Assembly: GCA_046297455.1 (NCBI GenBank)
Contig: JBKBIT010000011.1
Span: 33,913 to 97,912, forward strand
DNA: 64,000 nt
Source: Aliihoeflea sp.
GTDB lineage: Bacteria; Pseudomonadota; Alphaproteobacteria; Rhizobiales; Rhizobiaceae
Reading direction: 5' to 3'
In this document: positions 50,048 through 58,153 of the stretch, piece by piece
Layout: the number at the start of each line of letters is the position of its first letter
Numbering within the stretch: position 1 is the stretch's first letter
Made by a program: the position numbers and the translations under genes
Notes under the pieces: generated by a model
The model's input: the letters and a program-made list of their open reading frames with translations, nothing else
Database searches by the model: none
Told to the model about the DNA's origin: nothing

Positions 50048-51073
50048 TCAGGCGGCGCGTTCGGCCGTGCCGACGGCGACGGCGGCAAAAGCCTTGCGAA
50101 GCACCTCTGGCCCGGCTCCGGGACGAGTCGCGTCCGTCGACAGGATCTGGCGAAAACGCCGCGCGCCGGGCTGGCCGTGAAACAGCCCGACCATATGGCG
50201 GGTCACATGCGACAGCCGCCCGCCCGCAGCAATGTGGCGTGCCGCGTGTTCGGCCATGGCGTCGATGATGGCGGCATGATCGATGGTGCTGGCAGGCTCG
50301 CCATAGATAAGGTGATCGACCTCCGCCAGCACGGCCGGGTTGTGATAGGCCGCACGCCCCAGCATCACGCCGTCGACCATGGGCAGCTGCACCAGCACTT
50401 CGTCCATCGTCTGAACGCCCCCGTTCAACCCGATGAATCGACTCTCGTTTGCCTGCTTGAGGCGATGCACGCGCCCGTAGTCGAGCGGCGGAATGTCACG
50501 GTTTTCCTTGGGGCTCAGGCCCTCGAGCCAGGCTTTGCGGGCATGGACCCACAGCGCGTCCGTCCCCTCTTCCCAGACCGCATGGGCAAGCGCGTCGAGC
50601 GCCACTTCGGGATCCTGTTCATCGACGCCGATGCGGCACTTCACCGTCACGGGCACGTCGACGGCCCGCTTCATGGCCGCGATGCAACGCGCCACCAGAT
50701 CGGGCGTCCGCATCAGGCAGGCACCGAACGTTCCGCTCTGCACCCTGTCCGAAGGGCAGCCGACATTGAGATTGATCTCGCCATAGCCGAAATCGGCGCC
50801 GATCCGCGCCGCCTCGGCGAGCTTGGCGGGATCGGATCCGCCGATCTGCAATGCCACCGGCTGTTCCACCGCATCGAACCCAAGCAGGCGCTCACGCGGT
50901 CCGTGGATGGCTGCGTCGGCAACCACCATCTCGGTATAGAGCAGCGCCCGTTTCGAAAACTGACGATGCAGGAACCGGCAATGCCGGTCCGTCCAGTCCA
51001 TCATCGGGGCTACAGCCAGGACAGGTGCCGCGTATGTCGCGGCTCCCGGTTGGCGCTGTGGGTCTTGTGCCAT
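50048..51073 (-). CDS. dusA: tRNA dihydrouridine(20/20a) synthase
   Basis: VAPMMDWTDRHCR, NLNVGCPSDRVQ, HARKAWLEGLSPKENR. Confidence 0.95.
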   Translation of the reverse strand: MAQDPQRQPGAATYAAPVLAVAPMMDWTDRHCRFLHRQFSKRALLYTEMVVADAAIHGPRERLLGFDAVEQPVALQIGGSDPAKLAEAARIGADFGYGEINLNVGCPSDRVQSGTFGACLMRTPDLVARCIAAMKRAVDVPVTVKCRIGVDEQDPEVALDALAHAVWEEGTDALWVHARKAWLEGLSPKENRDIPPLDYGRVHRLKQANESRFIGLNGGVQTMDEVLVQLPMVDGVMLGRAAYHNPAVLAEVDHLIYGEPASTIDHAAIIDAMAEHAARHIAAGGRLSHVTRHMVGLFHGQPGARRFRQILSTDATRPGAGPEVLRKAFAAVAVGTAERAA

Positions 51074-51274
51074 CGTCTCGTCTCAGCGTGTCTGCCACCT
51101 GGAAAACGCGAGGCCGGCAGGTGTCACCGGCTATATAGGGACAAAACACATAAATCGAGCCGCGTCGCACGGGCGGCACGTCGCGCCTGCTACGTCAGGA
51201 CACCGCCAGTTTGCGGCTGATTGAGCATCGGAGGATGATCACGGAATCCCGTCTGTCTGCACTGCTCTGGCCTC

Positions 51275-51293
51275 GAGCAGCTGGTTGGCCGGC
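51275..51293 (+). repeat. Left arm of 19-bp inverted repeat flanking the glucosylglycerol operon
   Basis: GAGCAGCTGGTTGGCCGGC; its reverse complement matches 54808-54826 at 17/19. Confidence 0.65.
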
Positions 51294-51295
51294 CC

Positions 51296-52801
51296 TTAGC
51301 CTGCAGCCGCCAGCGTGACAACGGGATCATTTTCGAGAGCCAGCGCCGTCATCTGGTCTTCGGCCCAGAAGCGTACGTCCTGCCTTACCACCATCTCGCG
51401 CAGCGCGGCCATCCGGTGACGCCGCTCATCCTCACCCATCGACAGCGCCTGGAGAACGCCGTGGTCCATGGACCGGTTGGAGAAGGGATTGGTCAGGATC
51501 GCCGAATCCAGCTGCACCGCCGCCCCGGCAAATTCTGAAAGTATCAGGACGCCATCCCCATCGACACGCGCGGCACAGAATTCCTTGGCGACCAGGTTCA
51601 TGCCGTCCGCCAGCGGCGTGATCCAGGCGATGTCGGCGGCTTGATAATGGGCCACGAGGCTCTCGAAAGGCAGAGGCCGCGAGATCAGCGTCACCGGCTG
51701 CCAGTCCAGCCGCCCAAAGCGGCCATTGATACGGCCGGCGATCTGCTCGAGATCGTTCTGGATGTTTTCGTAAACCGTCATGTTGCGGTTGGCCGGCACC
51801 GAGACATGCATCAGCCGGACCGTGCCGCGAAGCTCGGGATTGCCCTCGATCAACCGCTCGTAGCTTTCGAGTTGCTCGATGCCACCCTTCGTGTAGTCCG
51901 TCCGGCCGACGGACAGAAGCAGCCTGGCCTCGCCCAGCTCGTCGCGAATATTGGCCGTACGCGCCGCCGTTTCGGGCTTCTGCGCGATCGCCTCGATATA
52001 GTCCACATCCACGCCTACCGGCGATGCCTGAAGCGCGACGGTGCGGCCTTCGAACTCCAGCGCCGTCGGCACGGTCTGCTCCGACAATGCGGTGGCGCGC
52101 GAAGACATGCCCTCCCTGACCTTTTGGCGTGCCACGACGCTGGTCTCGAGCAGGCTGCGGGCCGCCGACACGAAATTGTTGACGTAACGGGGAATGTGGA
52201 AACCCACCACGTCGCAGGCGAGCAGGCTTTTCAGGATTTCCTCGCGCCATGGCAGCACGTTAAAGATATCCGCGCCGGGGAACGGCGTGTGATGGAAGAA
52301 CGTGATTTTGACGTCGGGCCGCAGCTGGCGCAGATAGCCCGGCACGAGCCACAGATTGTAGTCGTGGATCCACACCACAGCACCGTCAGCTGCCTCCGCA
52401 GCGGCGGCTTCGGCAAAGGCCCAGTTCACTTCGCGAAAGGTCGGCCAGTCGACGGGATCGTAGTTGTAGCGTTCCTTGAAGCCATGCAGGATCGGCCAAA
52501 AGGCTTCTTTCGAACTGACATGGTAGAAGCTCTGGATCTGTGCCGCCGTCAGCGGCAGGCGTGATACTGTATAGCGCCCATAGGCGTCGTCGATCTCGAC
52601 CACCCGCTCGAAATCGGGGTTGGAGACATCCTCCGCCTCCTTCCAGGCAACCCATGCCCCACTCTCGAAACGACCGAAGAAGCTCTTCAGTGTCGGTACG
52701 ATGCCGTTCGGACTCTTGTTTTCCTTGAAGACGATCTTGCCGTCTTCAACGACCTCTTCATAGGGCTGGCGATGATAGACGATGACGAGATTAGATGGCA
52801 T
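51296..52801 (-). CDS. ggpS: Glucosylglycerol-phosphate synthase (GT20)
   Basis: N-terminus LVIVYHRQPYEE...KSPNGIVPTLKSFF typical of GgpS; WIHDYNL, FFHHTPFP, RTDYTKG, DGMNLVAKEF, LSEFAG. Confidence 0.9.
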   Translation of the reverse strand: MPSNLVIVYHRQPYEEVVEDGKIVFKENKSPNGIVPTLKSFFGRFESGAWVAWKEAEDVSNPDFERVVEIDDAYGRYTVSRLPLTAAQIQSFYHVSSKEAFWPILHGFKERYNYDPVDWPTFREVNWAFAEAAAAEAADGAVVWIHDYNLWLVPGYLRQLRPDVKITFFHHTPFPGADIFNVLPWREEILKSLLACDVVGFHIPRYVNNFVSAARSLLETSVVARQKVREGMSSRATALSEQTVPTALEFEGRTVALQASPVGVDVDYIEAIAQKPETAARTANIRDELGEARLLLSVGRTDYTKGGIEQLESYERLIEGNPELRGTVRLMHVSVPANRNMTVYENIQNDLEQIAGRINGRFGRLDWQPVTLISRPLPFESLVAHYQAADIAWITPLADGMNLVAKEFCAARVDGDGVLILSEFAGAAVQLDSAILTNPFSNRSMDHGVLQALSMGEDERRHRMAALREMVVRQDVRFWAEDQMTALALENDPVVTLAAAG

Positions 52802-53591
52802 GAGCACTTCTTTCCGGAATGTCGTGAAGTTCGAAGGCGGCGATCGCCTCCATGATGCCCGCCGCGCCGTGCGCGCGGGCCTTGTGGACATGGGCCAGAT
52901 CGGCCACGTGTCGGATCAGTTCGCCCTCGGAATTGCCGACAGCGACCGCCTTCAGGCCGCAGATCAGCATCGACAGATCGTTGAGCGTGTCGCCCGCGGC
53001 AAGTACGCGATCCTCGGGGATGGCGAGATGCTCGATGAGGCGGCGCAGCGACGGGCCCTTTGAAACACCGCGCGGCAGCACGTCGAAAAAGCGATTGTCG
53101 GATACGAGGCTGTCGAGCCCCAGTTCCTCGACCTTCTGGACGGCACTGGGATCGAAGGATCTCGCATCGAGATCGTAGCTCACGCGGTAGCGGAAGGGTG
53201 TCGGCTGCAGCGTGAGGCCAGGGTGCCCGTGCAGCGTTTCGCGCACCAGGTCGCCCCGGTTCTGCCAGCGCGCCGCGATGTCCTGCTCCAGAGTTTCGAT
53301 CGGCTCCACCCGCCCGTTTTCACGGTTGACGCCGGCGATGGTTGTGCCCACGTCCCCCACCACGAGCTCGGGCCACGGAAGCCCCTTCTGCGCGCACATG
53401 TCGACGATGAACTCGGGATCGCGACCCGTCACGAAGATCAGCCCGACGCTTTCCCGGTTCTTCTCTATCCAGCCGTAGAGAGTTTTCCTGTCCTCACCGG
53501 ACCCACCCAGAAAGGTACCGTCCAGATCGGTGGCAAGGGTGAAGCGGCGCGCGGAAAGCGGCGGCAAGTCGTTTGTGGCTAGGGGATTCAT
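52791..53591 (-). CDS. HAD-IIB (sucrose-phosphatase-like) phosphatase, probable glucosylglycerol-phosphate phosphatase
   Basis: DLDGT, VTGR, PRGVSKG, GDTLND; overlaps both gpsA and ggpS. Confidence 0.82.
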   Translation of the reverse strand: MNPLATNDLPPLSARRFTLATDLDGTFLGGSGEDRKTLYGWIEKNRESVGLIFVTGRDPEFIVDMCAQKGLPWPELVVGDVGTTIAGVNRENGRVEPIETLEQDIAARWQNRGDLVRETLHGHPGLTLQPTPFRYRVSYDLDARSFDPSAVQKVEELGLDSLVSDNRFFDVLPRGVSKGPSLRRLIEHLAIPEDRVLAAGDTLNDLSMLICGLKAVAVGNSEGELIRHVADLAHVHKARAHGAAGIMEAIAAFELHDIPERSAHAI

Positions 53592-54715
53592 GCTGTGTGG
53601 GCCTTGAAATTGAAGGGAGCGGTCGGGCCTGCATCGGCGAATGAAAGTTCCAGCGCGCGCGGCTCGGCCTCGATCGGGCGCGACCAGAGCGCGGAGAAGG
53701 TTTGAGCCAGATCGGCGCCCTCATGCAGCACCGCATGAACCGTCTGGCTGATCGGCATGACAACCCCGATCCGCCGGGCGAGATCGATGACCGAGCGGGC
53801 ATTTGCCTCGCCCTCCACGACGATGGGTTGACCGTCGAAGCAATCGCGGCGCGCTATGCCCTGCCCCAGTTGCAGGCCGAGCGACATGTTGCGCGACGTC
53901 GTCGACGAGCAGGTCAGCGTGAGGTCTCCCGCCCCCGCCAGCCCCGTGACCGTCTCGCGCCGCCCGCCCAGCGCCTCGGCCAGCACCTTCATCTCGTCGA
54001 TGCCGCGCGCGATCAGCGCGGCGCGGGTGTTTTCGGCGAAACCGGCGCCCGACATCATGCCGCAGGCAATGGCGATCACGTTCTTCACGGCGCCGCCCAC
54101 TTCGACGCCGACCAGATCGTCCGACACATATGGACGAAACCCGCCGCCAGACATGGAAACCGCTAGCCGGACCGCCGGCGCGGAGCTCGGATCGAGACGA
54201 TGCCCATAGTTGAAGGGAAAGGCGACCGTCGCGGCAGTTGGATGGTCGAGCGCCGTCTCGCGGGCAAAGGTCGGTCCCGAAATGGCGCCCACGGGATGGC
54301 CGGGCAATTCCTGGGCCACGACTTCCGAAAGCAGAAGCCCGGTGCCGCGCTCGATCCCCTTGCAGCACAGCGCAATTGCCGCATTTGGTTGCAGGTGGGG
54401 ACGAATCGCCCGTGACATCTCGCGCAGCGAGGTCGACGGGGTGACCATGAGCACGGCCTCGACGCCCGCAAGTGCTTCGGCGATGTCCGACGTGGCGGAG
54501 ACGTTGCCGGGGAGTGGCACCCCTGGCAGGTAGGCGGCATTCTCACCGGAGGAATTGATGGCGTCGGCAAGTTCGGCCCGGCGCGCCCACAATGCGACCG
54601 GACGCCCGGTACGGGCAATGACGGTGGCTAGGGCTGTTCCCCAGGCGCCTGCACCGATGACGGCGAAACGACCATAGGGAATGGGGGCGGGCTGTAAGAG
54701 AGGGTCCTGGATGAT
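53588..54715 (-). CDS. gpsA: NAD(P)H-dependent glycerol-3-phosphate dehydrogenase (non-canonical or mutated start)
   Basis: GAGAWGTALA, CCKGIE, ISGPTFA, GGAVKNVIAI, GDL.LTC.S..SRN; frame open to TAA at 54725-54727 with only ATC/ATT available before the Rossmann motif. Confidence 0.85.
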   Translation of the reverse strand: MIQDPLLQPAPIPYGRFAVIGAGAWGTALATVIARTGRPVALWARRAELADAINSSGENAAYLPGVPLPGNVSATSDIAEALAGVEAVLMVTPSTSLREMSRAIRPHLQPNAAIALCCKGIERGTGLLLSEVVAQELPGHPVGAISGPTFARETALDHPTAATVAFPFNYGHRLDPSSAPAVRLAVSMSGGGFRPYVSDDLVGVEVGGAVKNVIAIACGMMSGAGFAENTRAALIARGIDEMKVLAEALGGRRETVTGLAGAGDLTLTCSSTTSRNMSLGLQLGQGIARRDCFDGQPIVVEGEANARSVIDLARRIGVVMPISQTVHAVLHEGADLAQTFSALWSRPIEAEPRALELSFADAGPTAPFNFKAHTA

Positions 54716-54807
54716 GCTGGCCTGTTAGCTCTATTTCGTTGAACGCAACCAGCAGCCCGGAGCACGCGGCCCGCCGTCACCCGAGGGCGCGAGAGGGTTC
54801 TCATGCA

Positions 54808-54826
54808 GCCGGCCAACCAGTCGCTC
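54808..54826 (-). repeat. Right arm of 19-bp inverted repeat flanking the glucosylglycerol operon
   Basis: Plus strand GCCGGCCAACCAGTCGCTC. Confidence 0.65.
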
Positions 54827-54877
54827 TGTTTTGGCGCAGCCTTAGTTTTAGCGCCTTGTCGCCACATTGCAAGGTTT

Positions 54878-54894
54878 TTGCTGCAGCGCAGCAA
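54878..54894. promoter_or_regulatory. PhaR/AniA-like operator palindrome
   Basis: TTGCTGC-AGC-GCAGCAA contains TGC-N3-GCA; lies upstream of gpsA. Confidence 0.5.
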
Positions 54895-55012
54895 TGGCGA
54901 TAGGTCGAGCGGGAGCACTTCGGCTACGAAATCCGCGCCTTGGCAAGGGTGCCACCGCCTTTGCAGCGCCGCGGCGGCGCCGGCATGTTTACCTGCGGGA
55001 TAGGGAGCAAGC

Positions 55013-55041
55013 GGCAACGGCGTGGGGAGCACGCCGTTGCC
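55013..55041 (-). terminator. Strong hairpin after the ABC importer operon
   Basis: GGCAACGGCGTG-GGGAG-CACGCCGTTGCC 12-bp stem, 24 nt past the SBP stop; weak U tail. Confidence 0.55.
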
Positions 55042-55065
55042 TTCGTTGATCGCCCCTGCGGGCTG

Positions 55066-56295
55066 TCAGCGCAGCAGATCGTTCACGCCCTGGGCAGCCT
55101 GCTCGCGGGCTTTATCCGGACCGATCTGACCGGCCATCTGTTCCTGAAGCGCATCGGTGATCACCGCATGGATGCGAAGTCCGTTTTCGCCAGGAAACGC
55201 ATACCAGGGGCCGAGCACGGGAAGCTGCTCCAGGCTGAGCGCCTGGTTCGGATTAGCGTCGTAGAATTCCTGCATGCGCGCGGCAACCAGCGTGTTCGGC
55301 GGCATGTAGCCGGACGAATTCACCAACACCTCGCCGCCGTCAGCCGACGAGACGAAGCGCACGAACTCCCAGGCCGCCTTCTGACGCTCGGGATCGGTGG
55401 TGAGGATCATGTTGACATTGCCGCCGGCCGCGAGCGTGCCGTTGGGGTCGTTGCGCGGGAACAGACCGGTCTTGATCTCGAAGCGACCGCCCACATTGTC
55501 CGTGTGGCGCTGCAGCCCGTTGATGGACTGTAGGAAGATGCCCAGGCGCCCGGCGTAGAAGAGCTGGACAGCACTGTCCATGCTGGTGGCCGGCATCCCG
55601 CCCTCGTCCAGCATCGACTGGAAGATGTCGAAGGCCTGCGCGCCGGGTTCCTTGTCGAACAGAACTTCCGTGCCATCCTCGTTGGCCATCGCGCCGCCGG
55701 AACCGTAGACCAGCGACTGGAAGATCCAGTCTTCGTCGGCCGTCGTGTAGAGCCCGTAAATGTCGTCGCCGAGAGCGTTGATCTGGGCTGCCAATTCGAT
55801 CATCCCGTTCCAGTCGGTCGGGAAGTCGTCGATATCGCCAACCGCCTGGCGCACGAGATCCATGTTGAAATAGGCAACCGGCGAGGAGAAGGCGACCGCC
55901 AGCCCATAGGCCTTGCCATCCTTGGAGGCGACTTCCGTCACCGGCCCGCCAAAGCCCTCGCCTTCCCAATCGGCTTCTTGCTCGATGAAGGGCGTGAGGT
56001 CGACGGCGATGCCGCGGTCGATCAGGCTGCGCTGGCGGTTCAGCGCCTGGTTGGTGACGTCCGGCATCTGGCCGGTGATCGACTGGCGCAATACCTGTTG
56101 CAGCCCGTCGTCATAATTGGCGTAGGGGGGCAGGTAGGTGACGGTGTATTCGGGATGGGCTTCCTCGAAGGCCACCTTCATGGCCTGGAAGATGCCGTCC
56201 ATCCACGGCACGTACTGCACGGTGATTTCGGTCTGGGCATGCACGGGCATCGCCGTGGCAAGCATCAGCGCGAGCGCTGTCGCTGTCTTTCGCAT
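55066..56295 (-). CDS. CUT1 ABC transporter substrate-binding protein (UgpB-like)
   Basis: Signal peptide VHA-Q, YGLAVAFSSPVAYFNMDL, PTDW, AAWEFVRF, SGYMP; GGAG RBS; true start lies far inside the 711-aa track ORF. Confidence 0.9.
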   Translation of the reverse strand: MRKTATALALMLATAMPVHAQTEITVQYVPWMDGIFQAMKVAFEEAHPEYTVTYLPPYANYDDGLQQVLRQSITGQMPDVTNQALNRQRSLIDRGIAVDLTPFIEQEADWEGEGFGGPVTEVASKDGKAYGLAVAFSSPVAYFNMDLVRQAVGDIDDFPTDWNGMIELAAQINALGDDIYGLYTTADEDWIFQSLVYGSGGAMANEDGTEVLFDKEPGAQAFDIFQSMLDEGGMPATSMDSAVQLFYAGRLGIFLQSINGLQRHTDNVGGRFEIKTGLFPRNDPNGTLAAGGNVNMILTTDPERQKAAWEFVRFVSSADGGEVLVNSSGYMPPNTLVAARMQEFYDANPNQALSLEQLPVLGPWYAFPGENGLRIHAVITDALQEQMAGQIGPDKAREQAAQGVNDLLR

Positions 56296-56378
56296 GGGTT
56301 CCATCTCCAATGGACGGGCGGATGTATCAGCCGCCCAGGGTTGCGGTTCAGGTGGGGAGGTAATGGCCGAGCAACGGC

Positions 56379-57233
56379 TCAGCCCTTGATTCCACTCAGC
56401 GCGATGCCGTCGACGAAACGGCGTTGCGCCAAGAGGAAGGCGATGACCAGCGGTGCGGTGACGATCATGGTCGAGGCCATCATCGGGCCGAAATCGACCC
56501 CGGTTTCGTCGCGCCGGAAATACAGCACACCGAGCGGCGGCGGTGCGAGTTCGACCGACTGGATGACGATGAAGGGCCAGAACAGATCGTTCCAATGGCT
56601 GGTGACGGAAAAGATGCCGAAGGCTGTCACGGCTGGCCAGGAAGCGGGCAGGATCACCCGCCACACGATGGCCCACTCGCTGAAGCCGTCGACACGCGCC
56701 GCCGCAATCAGTTCGTCCGGTATCGAGGCGAAGAACTGCCTGAACAGGAAGATGCCGAACACGGAGATCGTGAAGGGCGCGATCAGCGCAGCATAGGTGT
56801 TGAGGATGCCCAGATTGGCGAAGGCGATGTAGAGCGGGATCGCCGTCACATGAATGGGGATCAGAAGCCCGATCAGCACCATCGCAAAGATCGTCGTGCG
56901 CCCGGCAAACCGGGTCTTGGACAGCGCATAGGCGCACGGCACGGCAAACAGGATCTGGAAGAACAGGATGCCGAAGCAGACGATCACCCCGTTCAGGAGA
57001 AACAGCCACAGCGGCGCCATGGTCAGGGCCTGGCGGTAGTTCTCGACGCCGTGGAACGTCTCGGGCCACAGCGAGATCGTGCCCGACCAGATTTCCGCCG
57101 GTGGCTTCAGCGATGCCGAAAAGCCCCACACGAACGGCATCAGCACGATGACCGCCCCGAGACCGAGCACCAGCAGGCGGATCACCCGGCCGGCCGTCCA
57201 TCGGCGCATCCGAACAGCTTGAGGCGCGTTCAT
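56379..57233 (-). CDS. CUT1 ABC permease (UgpE/MalG-like)
   Basis: FLFRQFFASIPDELIAAARVDG EAA loop, WNDLFWP. Confidence 0.92.
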   Translation of the reverse strand: MNAPQAVRMRRWTAGRVIRLLVLGLGAVIVLMPFVWGFSASLKPPAEIWSGTISLWPETFHGVENYRQALTMAPLWLFLLNGVIVCFGILFFQILFAVPCAYALSKTRFAGRTTIFAMVLIGLLIPIHVTAIPLYIAFANLGILNTYAALIAPFTISVFGIFLFRQFFASIPDELIAAARVDGFSEWAIVWRVILPASWPAVTAFGIFSVTSHWNDLFWPFIVIQSVELAPPPLGVLYFRRDETGVDFGPMMASTMIVTAPLVIAFLLAQRRFVDGIALSGIKG

Positions 57234-58153
57234 CGGCCCTGCTCCTTGCGTCCGAAACTGCGGATCTGGATCACTGCAATGACCAGGATGAGTGCGAGAA
57301 ACACCATCGTCATGGCCGACGCGAAGCCGGTGCGGAAATAGACGAAGCCTTCTCGGTAGATGTTGAAAAGCAGCACGTTCGAGGCGTTGGCCGGTCCGCC
57401 CTGCGTCAGCGCCGCCACCGTGTCGAAGACCCGGAACGAGTAGAGCGTCGTGATCAGCACCACGAACAGCGTGGTTGGCGCCAGCCCCGGCCAGGTGACC
57501 AGCAGGAAGCGGTCCATCGCGCGGTCCGCGCCATCCACCTTTGCGGCCTGGTAGTAATCGCTGGGGATCGCCTTCAGCCCCGCCAGGAACAGGATCATGT
57601 TGTAGCCGGTCTGCTGCCACACGAAGATGAACGCCAGTGAGGAGAGCACATGGCGCGGGTCGGACAGCCAGTCGGGACCCGCGATGCCGAACACCCGCCA
57701 GAGCAGCTGGTTCACCAACCCGAGGTCGGGGTGAAGGATGAATTCCCACACCGTCGCCATGGCCACTAGCAGCGCTGTGACAGGCAGGAAGTAGACAGTG
57801 CGGAAGAAGCTCCGGCCTGTCGTGTCGCTCTCGATCAGCAGCGCCACGGCCAGCCCCAGCGCCACCGAAGTCGGAACGGTTAGGAGCGTATAGTAGAGCG
57901 TGTTGTTGAAGGCCCGCCAGAACACGCGGTCGGCGAACATGTCGGAAAAATTCTGCAGGCCGACGAAATTGATCTGGCGCGCGCCGAGCTGGTAGTCGGT
58001 CACCGCCAGCAGCACGGCCGAGAGCGTTGGCACCAGGATCATCGCCAGCATCAGGATCGTCGCCGGCAGGGCGAGGCCCCATCCGGAGACTGCCGCGCCG
58101 ACGGCCCGCAGCCGTCGCGCGCGCCCGATCGCGGGGGCAAAGGCATCAGCCAT
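57230..58153 (-). CDS. CUT1 ABC permease (UgpA/MalF-like)
   Basis: FVGLQNF, FLAGLKAIPSDYYQAAKVDGA, LTQGGP. Confidence 0.92.
   Translation of the reverse strand: MADAFAPAIGRARRLRAVGAAVSGWGLALPATILMLAMILVPTLSAVLLAVTDYQLGARQINFVGLQNFSDMFADRVFWRAFNNTLYYTLLTVPTSVALGLAVALLIESDTTGRSFFRTVYFLPVTALLVAMATVWEFILHPDLGLVNQLLWRVFGIAGPDWLSDPRHVLSSLAFIFVWQQTGYNMILFLAGLKAIPSDYYQAAKVDGADRAMDRFLLVTWPGLAPTTLFVVLITTLYSFRVFDTVAALTQGGPANASNVLLFNIYREGFVYFRTGFASAMTMVFLALILVIAVIQIRSFGRKEQGR

Noticed and set aside
50950-51295. dusA 5' end as a possible integration site (dusA-associated integrase island) for the 51-64 kb accessory block
   Set aside because: No integrase is adjacent, and I see no second copy of the dusA 5' (APMMDWT) sequence in the window.
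55066-58082. Apparent 711-aa and 567-aa fusion proteins in the ORF track (also 20112-21611 and 44379-45665)
   Set aside because: The N-terminal parts are off-frame overlaps with upstream genes; the true starts with RBS or gene overlaps lie inside.
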